In this document: piece after piece, positions 1-9,106 of the stretch
Position numbering within the stretch: position 1 is the first letter of the stretch
Layout: every line of letters begins with the position of its first letter
Assembly: GCA_050008615.1 (NCBI GenBank)
Contig: JBEKMH010000014.1
Coordinates: 8,107-72,106, forward strand
Direction of reading: 5' to 3'
DNA length: 64,000 bases
Origin: Candidatus Cybelea sp.
GTDB lineage: Bacteria > Vulcanimicrobiota > Vulcanimicrobiia > Vulcanimicrobiales > Vulcanimicrobiaceae
Program-made: the position numbers and the translations under genes
The notes under the pieces: model-generated
Told to the model about the DNA's origin: nothing
The model's input: only the letters and a program-made list of their open reading frames with translations
Database searches by the model: none

Positions 1-1782
1 CAACCCACCGTTATTCCCAACGCCGAAGGCTCGCGCACGACGCCCTCGGTAGTGGCATTTACAAAGACCGGCGAGCGTCTCGTCGGACAACTCGCAAAAC
101 GCCAGGCAATCACCAATCCCGATCGCACGATCAGCTCGATCAAGCGACACATGGGCGAGGCCGATTACCACGTCAAGATTGACGGCAAGGATTACACGCC
201 GCAAGAAATTTCGGCGATGATCCTGCAGAAGCTCGTCAACGACGCGAGCAACTATCTCGGCGAGCGCGTGACCAAAGCGGTCATCACCGTGCCCGCCTAC
301 TTCAACGATTCGCAGCGTCAAGCGACCAAAGACGCCGGCAAGATTGCCGGACTCGACGTTCTGCGCATCATCAACGAACCGACGGCTGCCGCACTCGCGT
401 ACGGCCTGGAGAAAAAAGGCAACGAGACGATCCTCGTGTGGGATCTCGGCGGCGGCACGTACGACGTGTCGATCCTCGAGGTCGGCGACGGCGTCTTCGA
501 AGTCAAAGCGACCAACGGCGATACCCATCTCGGCGGCGACGATTACGACCATCGCGTGGTCGAGTGGCTGGTGGATCAGTTCCGTCGCGATCAGGGAATC
601 GACCTGAGCAAAGACAAGCAGGCGATGCAGCGGCTCACCGAAGCGGCCGAAAAGGCCAAGATCGAACTTTCGTCGGTCGTGCAGACCAGCATCAATCTGC
701 CGTTCGTCACGGCGGACCAAGAAGGCCCCAAGCATCTCGACTACACGCTCACCCGCGCGAAGTTCGAAGAGCTGACCGGCGATCTCACCGATCGCTGCGT
801 GGGACCGTTCCACAACGCGATCGCCGATGCCAAACTCGACGTCTCCAAGCTCGACGAAGTGATCATGGTCGGCGGCGCGACGCGCATGCCGGTCATCCAA
901 GAACTCGTCCGCAAGCTAACGGGCAAAGAGCCCAATCTCACCGTCAATCCCGATGAAGTCGTGGCGGTTGGCGCGGCCATCCAAGCCGGCGTCCTCGCCG
1001 GCGAAGTGCGCGACGTCGTATTGCTCGACGTAACGCCGCTCTCGCTGGGGCTCGAAACGCTCGGCGGCGTGATGACCAAGCTGATCGATCGGAACACCAC
1101 GATTCCGACGAAGAAGTCGCAGATCTTCACGACGGCCGAAGACGGCCAGACCTCCGTGGAAATTCACGTGCTGCAAGGCGAGCGCCCCATGGCACCGGAT
1201 AATAAGACGCTCGGGCGCTTCCGGCTGGAAGGGATTCCACCAGCACCGCGCGGCGTGCCGCAGATCGAGGTGACGTTTAACATCGATGCCAACGGCATCG
1301 TTAACGTCAGCGCAAAGGATCTCGGAACCGGCAAAGAGCAGGCGATTACGATCACCGCGTCAACCAACCTCAACAAGGACGAAGTCGACCGCATGGTTCG
1401 CGACGCCGAGTTGCAGGGCGCGGCCGACAAAGCCAGACGCGATGAGGCCGAAGTGCGCAACAACGCGTCGAGCCTGATCTATTCGACGGAGAAGTCGCTC
1501 AAAGAAGTGGGCGACAAACTCGACGCGGGTCCGCGGGGCGATGTCGAGCGGGCGCTCGAAGAGCTCAAGCGCGTCAGTGAAAACGGCACGGTCGAGCAGA
1601 TCAAGCCGGCAATCGATGCGCTGCAGCAGGCCAGCTATAAGATGGCCGAGTTGCTCTACAAGGCCGCAGCGCCGCAGGGCGAGCAGCCGGGTGCGGGCGA
1701 TGGCGCGCCGGCTTCTAACGGCGCCGGCGCCGGAGCGCCCAGCGACGACGTCATCGACGCCGAGTTCAAGGAAGCGCAGTAG
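1..1782 (+). CDS. dnaK: Molecular chaperone DnaK (Hsp70), 5'-truncated by window edge
   Basis: Frame 1 is open from base 1 ([20 protein letters not shown]...) and runs into the 52..1782 ORF. Hsp70 signatures [35 protein letters not shown]. Followed by grpE and dnaJ. Confidence 0.97.
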   Translation, partial: QPTVIPNAEGSRTTPSVVAFTKTGERLVGQLAKRQAITNPDRTISSIKRHMGEADYHVKIDGKDYTPQEISAMILQKLVNDASNYLGERVTKAVITVPAYFNDSQRQATKDAGKIAGLDVLRIINEPTAAALAYGLEKKGNETILVWDLGGGTYDVSILEVGDGVFEVKATNGDTHLGGDDYDHRVVEWLVDQFRRDQGIDLSKDKQAMQRLTEAAEKAKIELSSVVQTSINLPFVTADQEGPKHLDYTLTRAKFEELTGDLTDRCVGPFHNAIADAKLDVSKLDEVIMVGGATRMPVIQELVRKLTGKEPNLTVNPDEVVAVGAAIQAGVLAGEVRDVVLLDVTPLSLGLETLGGVMTKLIDRNTTIPTKKSQIFTTAEDGQTSVEIHVLQGERPMAPDNKTLGRFRLEGIPPAPRGVPQIEVTFNIDANGIVNVSAKDLGTGKEQAITITASTNLNKDEVDRMVRDAELQGAADKARRDEAEVRNNASSLIYSTEKSLKEVGDKLDAGPRGDVERALEELKRVSENGTVEQIKPAIDALQQASYKMAELLYKAAAPQGEQPGAGDGAPASNGAGAGAPSDDVIDAEFKEAQ

Positions 1783-1793
1783 GCGTCGCCTCG

Positions 1794-2339
1794 TTGAAAG
1801 ACTCGATGTTTGACGACCCGTCGGTTTTAAGGACCGAGGCCGGAGAGGCCTCGATCGATGAGCAAGCGCCGCAGCAGCTGTCTCTGGATGAACAGCTCGC
1901 TGCGGCCAACGCTCGCGCCGATGAGAACTATGGCAAGTTCCTGTTGGCGGTGGCCGACTTCGACAACTACAAGAAACGCATGCAGCGCGATTTCGACTCG
2001 CTCGTCGCGTCGCGCCGGCGCATGCTGATCGAACGCTTTCTTCCGGTGCTCGATAATCTCGAGCGCGCGCTGCAATCGAATGCCGGCGGCGACGCGTTGC
2101 GCGGGGGAGTCGAACAGACGCTGCGCGGCTTCGAGGCGCTGCTCGCAGGCGAAGGCGTCCGAGCCATCGACGTCAAGGGCAAACCGTTCGATCCGCGCGT
2201 TGCCGAAGCGATCGGTACGTCGGCTTCTAACGGCGAAGCGGACGATACCGTCGTCGAGGTTGCCGAGAAGGGTTACACCCTCGGCGACGAGCTGCTTCGG
2301 CCCGCGAAGGTAATCGTCGCCAAACCCTCCGGCGAATGA
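1794..2339 (+). CDS. grpE: Nucleotide exchange factor GrpE
   Basis: 181-aa ORF 12 nt after dnaK. GrpE-like core (FDNYKKRMQRD, LPVLDNLERAL, KGKPFDPRVAEAI). TTG start; alternative ATG at 1806. Confidence 0.9.
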   Translation: MKDSMFDDPSVLRTEAGEASIDEQAPQQLSLDEQLAAANARADENYGKFLLAVADFDNYKKRMQRDFDSLVASRRRMLIERFLPVLDNLERALQSNAGGDALRGGVEQTLRGFEALLAGEGVRAIDVKGKPFDPRVAEAIGTSASNGEADDTVVEVAEKGYTLGDELLRPAKVIVAKPSGE

Positions 2340-2340
2340 C

Positions 2341-2390
2341 CCTTCGTCCTTCGACTGCGCTCAGGATGACATTACTTCGGTGAGGCTGAC
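2341..2390 (-). repeat. Hairpin repeat family copy 1 (core plus degenerate leading half-unit)
   Basis: ccttcgtccTTCGACTGCGCTCAGGATGACATTAC... is the reverse complement of GTAATGTCATCCTGAGCGCAGTCGAAGGACGAAGG. Lies in the grpE-dnaJ spacer. Confidence 0.85.
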
Positions 2391-2408
2391 AATGGAAGTG
2401 CGCCTCGG

Positions 2409-3431
2409 ATGCCGATGAATTTCAAGGACTACTACTCGGTCTTGGGTGTGCCCAAGAATGCGGCCGAGAAAGACATCAAGTCCGCCTATCGGAAGCTCGC
2501 GCGCAAATGGCACCCCGACGCAAATCTGAAGAACCCTAAAGAGGCCGAAGAGAAGTTCAAGGAGATCTCCGAAGCCTACGAAGTATTAGGCGACCCCGAA
2601 AAACGCAAGAAGTACAACGTCCTCGGGCCCAACTGGCAGCAAGCCGCCCAACAAGCAGAGCAGCAACGCCGCTATCGCACCAACATCAACGGCGAAGAGT
2701 TCGAGTTTGATTTAGGTGGCGAGGGCGCCCCGAGCGGGTTCTCCGACTTCTTCGAAACGTTCTTCTCGCAAGTTGGGCGTCGCCAAACCGCCCAGGCCCC
2801 GCGCGGCCCGGGGCGGGCGCGGCACGGTCAAGATTTGGAGACTACGATCGAGCTGACGCTTCGCGACATCTACGAGGGTGGAACGAAAGCAGTCTCGCTG
2901 CAAATCGAGGATCTTTGTCCGCGCTGCCACGGCACCGGTACGGAAAACGGCCACCTATGTCCCCAATGTCACGGCACCGGACAAGTTCTGCTCAATAAGC
3001 GGTTCGAGGTCTCGATTCCGCGTGGCATCGGCGACGGGCAACGCATTCGTCTGGCCGGACAAGGCGGCGCCGGCATCAACGGCGGCCCAAACGGCGACCT
3101 GTACTTGATCGTGCAGCTTCAAGACGATCCAACATACAAACGTAAAGGCGACGATCTCTACGTCGATCTTCCGGTGAGCATCTACGAACTGCTGCTCGGC
3201 GGCGACGTCAACGTTCCTACACTCGGCGGTCAGGTCGCGATGACGATTCCCGCCGGAACGCAAAACAATCGGCTCCTTCGCCTTCCCGGGCGCGGAGTTC
3301 CAAAGGTCAAAGGCAAGGGCAGCGGCGACCAGTTCGTGCGGCTGATTGGGCAACTCCCGCAGAATCTCAGCGACAAAGAGAAAAAGCTCTTCAAAGAGCT
3401 TGCAGCGTTGAGAAACGGCAAGGGCCCCTAG
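2409..3431 (+). CDS. dnaJ: DnaJ-family co-chaperone (J domain, only two CxxCxGxG motifs, DnaJ C-terminal domains)
   Basis: N-terminal J domain (KDYYSVLGV ... WHPD). CPRCHGTG and CPQCHGTG motifs at 2916..2981. C-terminal substrate-binding beta domains ([16 protein letters not shown]). Third gene of the dnaK cluster. Confidence 0.9.
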   Translation: MPMNFKDYYSVLGVPKNAAEKDIKSAYRKLARKWHPDANLKNPKEAEEKFKEISEAYEVLGDPEKRKKYNVLGPNWQQAAQQAEQQRRYRTNINGEEFEFDLGGEGAPSGFSDFFETFFSQVGRRQTAQAPRGPGRARHGQDLETTIELTLRDIYEGGTKAVSLQIEDLCPRCHGTGTENGHLCPQCHGTGQVLLNKRFEVSIPRGIGDGQRIRLAGQGGAGINGGPNGDLYLIVQLQDDPTYKRKGDDLYVDLPVSIYELLLGGDVNVPTLGGQVAMTIPAGTQNNRLLRLPGRGVPKVKGKGSGDQFVRLIGQLPQNLSDKEKKLFKELAALRNGKGP

Positions 3432-3559
3432 CGCCGCTTTCGAATTACCCGGCTAGCGTGCCGGGAGCCGCGAGACCTTCACCGGTGTGACGCAGCCGTT
3501 CGGTTCAACCGTTAGCGGCAGGCAAATGTTACGATAAACGTCAGCCGCTCCGATCTCAT

Positions 3560-4015
3560 TTAAAAACACGGCTGACTGTCGATGGCCGAGCTATCGCTGG
3601 TCTCGCCCGTCGTCCGCGCGATGAGTTCGCCGCCCTTAATATAGAGCAGGTTGGGTTCGCCAAAGACATGCCCCGGTCTGTATCCGCGCCCCTCTCTTTG
3701 GACCGAAAAAAACACGACCATTCGATCGTTGGGCTGCCCGTTGTTGGGAAAGCCGTAACGCACTCCTTGCCGTTGGCACGGCTTGACCTCGCGTAAATAG
3801 GTGGCGAGCTGTGCGGTTTCGCCCGAAGTTAGCTTCGGCTGCCCGCGTTTGCCGTAATCCACTGCGGCATAGGTCGACCAAGGAGTGACGCCGGGCGTCG
3901 TCAGGAGCGGGCTGGGCATCGTGAGGCGGCGCACCTCGGCGGCGTTGTATGTCGAGCTCCTATGGCAACCCGCCAGACCCGCGACGGCCATTAAGACGGC
4001 CAGGGCGTACCGCAT
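3560..4015 (-). CDS. Hypothetical lipoprotein
   Basis: The internal ATG at 4015 gives MRYALAVLMAVAGLAGC, a signal peptide plus lipobox. The longer ORF to 4084 adds an Arg/Cys-rich, non-native-looking extension. No family recognised. Confidence 0.5.
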   Translation of the reverse strand: MRYALAVLMAVAGLAGCHRSSTYNAAEVRRLTMPSPLLTTPGVTPWSTYAAVDYGKRGQPKLTSGETAQLATYLREVKPCQRQGVRYGFPNNGQPNDRMVVFFSVQREGRGYRPGHVFGEPNLLYIKGGELIARTTGETSDSSAIDSQPCF

Positions 4016-4110
4016 ATCGGACCTTTCGTGGCCCCGGCAACGGCAACCCCGGAGCACCGCAAGCGGTTTACCGGAGCACCACACAAAATTACTGATTCAC
4101 CGAGGGGCAC

Positions 4111-4479
4111 ATGATTAAAGAGATTGCATTTACGGCGTATCCGGCGTCCGACGTCGCGAAGCTGCGCAAATGGTATGAAGACACGCTCGGCCTCAAGTTC
4201 AGCGGGCCGTACGAAGAAGACGGCGTGGAAAAGTACAACGAAGCCAACGTCGGAGGGGGCTACTTCAGCGTCATGACGCACGAATGGATCGAGCGCGATC
4301 CCGGAAGCGCGTCGGGCATCGTTTTCGAAGTGGACGATATCGACAAGACGGTCGCGGATCTGCGCGCCAAAGGCTTGAAAATCGACGACCCTTATGCGAC
4401 GCCGGTCTGTAAGATTGCGTCGTTCGACGACCCCGAAGGCAACAAAGTCTCCCTCCACCAGGTTACGGTGCCTCATTAG
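4111..4479 (+). CDS. VOC (glyoxalase/bleomycin-resistance/dioxygenase) family protein
   Basis: 122-aa ORF with a VOC-like pattern (AFTAYPASDV ... GIVFEVDDIDKTVADLRAKG ... DPEGNKVSLHQ). Confidence 0.75.
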   Translation: MIKEIAFTAYPASDVAKLRKWYEDTLGLKFSGPYEEDGVEKYNEANVGGGYFSVMTHEWIERDPGSASGIVFEVDDIDKTVADLRAKGLKIDDPYATPVCKIASFDDPEGNKVSLHQVTVPH

Positions 4480-4496
4480 ATCCTTCGTCGGAGCCT

Positions 4497-4555
4497 GTCC
4501 TGAGCGCAGTAATGTCATGCTGAGCGCAGTCGAAGCACGAAGGGCTCAGGATGAC
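4497..4555 (+). repeat. Hairpin repeat family copy 2 (half-unit plus full hairpin unit)
   Basis: GTCCTGAGCGCAGTAAT + GTCATGCTGAGCGCAGTCGAAGCACGAAGGGCTCAGGATGAC. Arms pair 11/12. Lies 8 nt before the ABC exporter ATG. Confidence 0.9.
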
Positions 4556-4563
4556 AAAGTAGG

Positions 4564-6369
4564 ATGATGGCTGGGCACGGGCTGATGTGGTCGAACATCT
4601 ATCAGCCCGAGACACCAAGAGTGAAGCGGCGCGTCAATTGGAAGCGAATGGGCGCGCTCTTCGCTCCCTATTGGCGCCAACAAGCGATGGTGCTCGCGTG
4701 CATCGTCGTCGTTTCGGCAATCGGCCTCGTGCCCGGCTTCATCATCGCGCACATCATCGATGCGGCGATTCCCCACCGCAACCTCGCCGAGCTGGCGATC
4801 GACGTAGGGATCATCCTTTCCTCCGCGTTGATCGCAGCCGGAATAGGCGTCTTGCAAGGCTATCTCAACTCGGTCGTCGGCGAAGGCATCATGCGCGACA
4901 TTCGCACGAGCCTCGTCGCGCATCTCCATCGCATGCCGCTGGACTTCTTTACCGGCACGAAGACCGGCGAGATCATGAACCGCGTTAGCAACGACGTCGA
5001 CAACGTCGACAACGTCGTGACCGGAACGCTGACCACGATCGTGACGAACATCGTGATTATCGCAACGACACTCGTGGCGATGTTCGTATGGAACTGGCGG
5101 CTGGCCCTCATCTCCGTCATCATCGTCCCGCTGATGATCCTTCCGCTCGGTCCCGTTGGGCGGCGGATGTACACGATCCGCAAAAAAACGCGCGAGAAGC
5201 GCGACGAAATCGAGTCGATCACTCAGGAGACGCTCTCGATCTCCGGCATCACGCTGATCAAGTCGTTCGCGCGCGAAGCCTACGAGCGCGCTCGCTTCTA
5301 TACCGTCGGCACGCGGCTGATGCAACTCGAGGTCGACCTGGCCATGGTCGGCCGCTGGTTCATAGCGTCGGTTACGGCGATGGTCGTGGTCGGGCCGGCC
5401 CTGGTCTGGTTCGGTGGAGGCTGGCTTGCAATCGCAGCTGGATTGCAAGTCGGCGTGATCGTGGCGTTCGTCTCGTTCATTCAGGGCCGGCTGTACGGTC
5501 CCGCCGCCGCGCTTGCGGGGATTCAGATACAAATCGTCAGCGCACTCGCAGTTTTCGAACGCATCTTTGAGTATCTCGACATGACGACGGAGGAGTACGA
5601 TCCGCCCGGAGCGATCGCTCTGCCCGAAGTCAACGGCGAGATCGCCTTCGAGAACGTGGTATTTTCATATGACGGGACGCGCGAGGTGCTCAACGACGTC
5701 TCCTTCCACGTGCGGCCGGGAGAAGTCGCGGCGTTCGTGGGGCCGTCCGGCGCCGGCAAGACGACGATTACCCAGCTCGTTCCGCGCTTCTACGATCCTC
5801 AAGGCGGGCGCGTGCTGATCGACGGGTACGATTTACGCAACGTTACGCTCGACTCGCTGCGGCGCGACATCGGGATCGTGACGCAGGAGACGTATCTCTT
5901 TCACGATACGATCGCAAACAATCTTCGCTACGGCAAGCCCGACGCAACCGACCCCGAGCTCGAGGCCTCCGCGCGTGCCGCAAACATCGCCGAATTCATC
6001 GACGCGCTGCCCAATAGGTACGAAACGGTCGTCGGCGAGCGCGGTCACAAGCTTTCCGGCGGAGAGCGGCAACGCTTGGCGATCGCGCGCGTTCTGCTCA
6101 AGGATCCCCGAATTCTGATTCTCGACGAAGCAACCAGCTCGCTGGATTACGAGAACGAGGCGGCGATTCAAAAAGCGCTCGACGTCGTCATGAAGGGGCG
6201 TACCAGCCTCGTGATCGCGCACCGGCTTTCCACCGTTCTCACCGCCGATGTCATCTTCGTCGTCGATCGCGGCCGCATCGTAGAGTCGGGCCGCCACGCA
6301 ACGTTGCTTGCGCGTGGCGGCCTCTATTCCCGACTCTATCGCACGCAGTTCGCCGGATTATCGGCCTAG
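4564..6369 (+). CDS. ABC exporter, fused permease/ATP-binding protein (MsbA/ABCB-like)
   Basis: N-terminal 6-TM exporter domain. NBD with Walker A GPSGAGKTT, signature LSGGERQR, Walker B ILILDEATS, H-loop AHRLST. Confidence 0.93.
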   Translation: MMAGHGLMWSNIYQPETPRVKRRVNWKRMGALFAPYWRQQAMVLACIVVVSAIGLVPGFIIAHIIDAAIPHRNLAELAIDVGIILSSALIAAGIGVLQGYLNSVVGEGIMRDIRTSLVAHLHRMPLDFFTGTKTGEIMNRVSNDVDNVDNVVTGTLTTIVTNIVIIATTLVAMFVWNWRLALISVIIVPLMILPLGPVGRRMYTIRKKTREKRDEIESITQETLSISGITLIKSFAREAYERARFYTVGTRLMQLEVDLAMVGRWFIASVTAMVVVGPALVWFGGGWLAIAAGLQVGVIVAFVSFIQGRLYGPAAALAGIQIQIVSALAVFERIFEYLDMTTEEYDPPGAIALPEVNGEIAFENVVFSYDGTREVLNDVSFHVRPGEVAAFVGPSGAGKTTITQLVPRFYDPQGGRVLIDGYDLRNVTLDSLRRDIGIVTQETYLFHDTIANNLRYGKPDATDPELEASARAANIAEFIDALPNRYETVVGERGHKLSGGERQRLAIARVLLKDPRILILDEATSSLDYENEAAIQKALDVVMKGRTSLVIAHRLSTVLTADVIFVVDRGRIVESGRHATLLARGGLYSRLYRTQFAGLSA

Positions 6370-6373
6370 AGTG

Positions 6374-7258
6374 CTAGCTGCGCGTTAGTGCAGAAGCCTG
6401 CTCGGCGATCCGCGCCGCGAGCGTTTGAACTTCGTTGATTCCTACGAGGTTTTGCGCCGATTCCGGCAGCTCTTTCTTTAGAGCTGCTGCATGTTCTTCG
6501 GCCGCTTTAGCTTCCTTCTGTGCCGCTACGGATGCAGCCTGACAGGCAACGATGCGTTCCTTGGCTTCTCCGGCTTTACGTTCTGCTACGATTTCCTCGG
6601 CCGCACATTCCTTCGTGCGAGCCTCGAGCGCGCTCAACTGCTGCTTCAAGTCCGCAATCTTCGTCTCGGCGTTTTTGTGCTCCGTCACCAAAGCACGATG
6701 ACTTTCCGAAGCGCTTGCGGCCAGTTCCTTGGCCTGCTGCTCCAGAATCACGGCCGCTTTAGCCTTTTCGTTGGCCGCCGCAAATGCTTGCGCTGCCTGC
6801 GCCGCCTTCGCTTCGCCCTTGAGCCGCTCTTCGAGCGCACAAACTTCTGAAAGTAACGCTTCGGCGGCTTTGCGCTGCTCGGCGATCAGGCGTTGCGCTC
6901 CATCGAGCGCGCCGTTCGTCGTTACAGGCGCGGACTGAACATCATTGGGCATTGCGGTTTCCACCTTCGCTAATTGGGGTGCCGTTGCCGGCGCTGTTTG
7001 AGGCGCCGTTACCGGCGCCGCTTGGGATGCCGTTACCGGCGCTGCTTGGGACGCCGTTTCGGCTTCTGGGTTGGGATGCTGTCCGTTTCGTCTCCCTTCT
7101 GACGCTTTTAAGTCGCCGAGCAATCGCCCCAAAGGCGAGGAATCGCGACCGGGTTCCCCTGACGCCACTTGCTCCGATTTTTTTTTGCTGCTGTAGGTAG
7201 ACTCGTCGTTTAGCATCTCACCGGCACGGCCGATGGCTGATTTCCAGGAACGAAACAT
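6374..7258 (-). CDS. Hypothetical Ala/Glu/Lys-rich coiled-coil protein with 8-aa tandem repeats
   Basis: ATG at 7258 (MFRSWKSAIG...). The upstream part of the 7402 ORF looks non-native. Contains ASQAAPVT repeats, then a long heptad-like A/E/K-rich C-terminal half. No family recognised. Confidence 0.55.
   Translation of the reverse strand: MFRSWKSAIGRAGEMLNDESTYSSKKKSEQVASGEPGRDSSPLGRLLGDLKASEGRRNGQHPNPEAETASQAAPVTASQAAPVTAPQTAPATAPQLAKVETAMPNDVQSAPVTTNGALDGAQRLIAEQRKAAEALLSEVCALEERLKGEAKAAQAAQAFAAANEKAKAAVILEQQAKELAASASESHRALVTEHKNAETKIADLKQQLSALEARTKECAAEEIVAERKAGEAKERIVACQAASVAAQKEAKAAEEHAAALKKELPESAQNLVGINEVQTLAARIAEQASALTRS
6981..7060. repeat. 24-bp tandem repeat (about 3.3 units) inside the coiled-coil protein gene
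   Basis: Units at 6981, 7005 and 7029 (GCCGTTACCGGCGCYGCTTGGGAY) plus a partial fourth. They encode the ASQAAPVT-type 8-aa repeats on the minus strand. Confidence 0.85.
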
Positions 7259-7592
7259 GTTAAACCCTCGCTTGTCTAACCAAACGACTAGAGAACGAAG
7301 AACACCGCCCCACAATAAGGCGCATCCGGACCTCCTATCTCCAGGCCTATATAATGGCACTCCGGGCGCCAGGTTGCAATACCGGGACGCCCAGAGAATC
7401 AAATCTTAACCCGGCGTGGGGCACCGTTAACCCTCAACGGGCGTACTTCGTTCCCAGGCCCTTCTTGGCCGGTTCCTAGCCGTTTCTTACTCGGTTGCTA
7501 ATCTCGGCAAGCGCGGCGCCTTGCCGCGCGTCCGAGAAGAGCAATCCGACCCAGTAGAGCTTTGCGCGGCGTCAGGCGCCACGCGAAAACCT

Positions 7593-7618
7593 AAGGGGCT
7601 GGATCTATCCGGCCCCTT
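7593..7618 (-). terminator. Putative intrinsic terminator after scoB
   Basis: AAGGGGCTGG-atctat-CCGGCCCCTT hairpin directly after the scoB stop. On the minus strand it is followed by AGGTTTTCG. Confidence 0.55.
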
Positions 7619-8281
7619 CTATTCGGAGATTTCCATGACCATCGGCGCGATCGGAACTTGCAACTGCGGTTCGGTCGCGGCTTGAATTTCCTGGACGGTG
7701 ACGCCGGGAGCCAGTTCGCGCAAGATGAGTCCGCCGGCCCCAACATCGATCGTTCCAAGGTCGGTGATGATTCGGTTGACGACTCGCCTGCCGGTGAGCG
7801 GTAGCGAACAGGTCCGAACGATCTTGTGAACGTTGCCTTTGGCAACGTGTTCCATCATGACGATCACGCGCTTCGCGCCGTGAACGAGATCCATCGCGCC
7901 GCCCATCCCCTTGACCATCTTCCCGGGAATCATCCAGTTTGCGAGGTCGCCGTTTTCAGAGACTTGCATCGCACCGAGGACGGCAAGGTCGATGTGTCCG
8001 CCGCGAATCATGCCGAACGAAAGCGCCGAATCGAAGAACGATGCCCCCGGAAGAACCGTTACGGTCTCCTTGCCGGCGTTAATTAAATCCCCGTCCTCCT
8101 CTCCTTCAAACGGGTACGGGCCCATTCCGAGTATGCCGTTCTCGCTCTGCAACGTCACCGTGATATCCGGCGGGACGTAGTTCGGAACCAGCGTCGGAAG
8201 GCCGATCCCGAGGTTGACGTATTGCCCGTCTCGCAACTCCTGCGCGACGCGTGCAGCAAGTTGAGTTCGTGTTAGCGCCAT
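7619..8281 (-). CDS. scoB: 3-oxoacid CoA-transferase, subunit B (family I CoA-transferase beta)
   Basis: [30 protein letters not shown] and the SENG motif typical of beta subunits. Directly downstream of subunit A. Confidence 0.92.
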   Translation of the reverse strand: MALTRTQLAARVAQELRDGQYVNLGIGLPTLVPNYVPPDITVTLQSENGILGMGPYPFEGEEDGDLINAGKETVTVLPGASFFDSALSFGMIRGGHIDLAVLGAMQVSENGDLANWMIPGKMVKGMGGAMDLVHGAKRVIVMMEHVAKGNVHKIVRTCSLPLTGRRVVNRIITDLGTIDVGAGGLILRELAPGVTVQEIQAATEPQLQVPIAPMVMEISE

Positions 8282-8283
8282 AC

Positions 8284-9051
8284 TTAGTCCTGAGCCTGCC
8301 CTGAGCGCAGTCGAAGGGTGACGCGTTCGATGCGCTTGCCTTGCGGCCCGACGTGTACGATGCGCTGCACGAAGACGCCGGGAAGATGCACGTTCTCCGG
8401 ATCGATCGCGCCCGGCTCGACGAGTTCCTCGACTTCGGCGATCGTGATCTTGCCGGCCATCGCGCAGAGCGGGTTGAAGTTCCGCGTCGACTTGTGAAAG
8501 ATCAGGTTGCCCGAACGGTCGCCGGCCGACGCGCGAACGAGCGCGTAGTCACAGACGATTCCGGTCTCCATAACATACTCGCGACCGCTAAAGACGCGCG
8601 TCTCCTTTTTCGGCGAAGCGACCGCTACACTGCCGTCGGGGCGATGGCGCCAAGGCAAGCCGCCGTCGGCAATGAGCGTGCCATCGCCGGCCGGCGTAAA
8701 AAAAGCCGGAATGCCGCAGCCGCCCGCGCGCAAACGCTCGGCCAAGGTTCCTTGAGGAACGAGCTCGACTTCGAGTTCGCCGCTGAGATATTGACGCTCG
8801 AACTCGCGGTTTTCACCGACGTACGATCCGGTGGTGCGCGCAATCCGGCGGTTGTCCAGCAGGACGCCAAGTCCCCACCCGTCCACGCCGCAGTTGTTCG
8901 AGACGGTTACCAGTTCGGAGGCGCCCTGCTCGAGCAATGCCTCGATCAGGTTGTGCGGAATCCCGTTGAGCCCGAAGCCGCCCACCGCAATCGAGGCGCC
9001 GCTGGGAATATCGGCCACCGCCTCGGCGCAGGACGCATAGACCTTCTCCAT
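8284..9051 (-). CDS. scoA: 3-oxoacid CoA-transferase, subunit A (family I CoA-transferase alpha)
   Basis: [28 protein letters not shown], and a KRIE C-terminal region. The last ~8 codons and the stop lie inside a repeat copy (8287..8322). Confidence 0.92.
   Translation of the reverse strand: MEKVYASCAEAVADIPSGASIAVGGFGLNGIPHNLIEALLEQGASELVTVSNNCGVDGWGLGVLLDNRRIARTTGSYVGENREFERQYLSGELEVELVPQGTLAERLRAGGCGIPAFFTPAGDGTLIADGGLPWRHRPDGSVAVASPKKETRVFSGREYVMETGIVCDYALVRASAGDRSGNLIFHKSTRNFNPLCAMAGKITIAEVEELVEPGAIDPENVHLPGVFVQRIVHVGPQGKRIERVTLRLRSGQAQD
8287..8322 (+). repeat. Hairpin repeat family copy 3 (degenerate)
   Basis: GTCCTGAGCCTGCCCTGAGCGCAGTCGAAGGGTGAC at the scoA/scoB junction. Confidence 0.75.
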
Positions 9052-9106
9052 GCCGCCCTAATGCGCCGACGGAACGGACCCTGCCTCCGTGGAAGGTAGC
9101 GTTATT

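Noticed and set aside
3432-3559. Searched intergenic spacers (3432-3559, 7259-7618, 43711-44023, 61551-61886) for tRNA, tmRNA or rRNA-like sequence
   Set aside because: No T-loop (GGTTCGAATCC-like) or acceptor-stem pattern and no rRNA-like conserved blocks were seen by eye. No RNA gene is reported.
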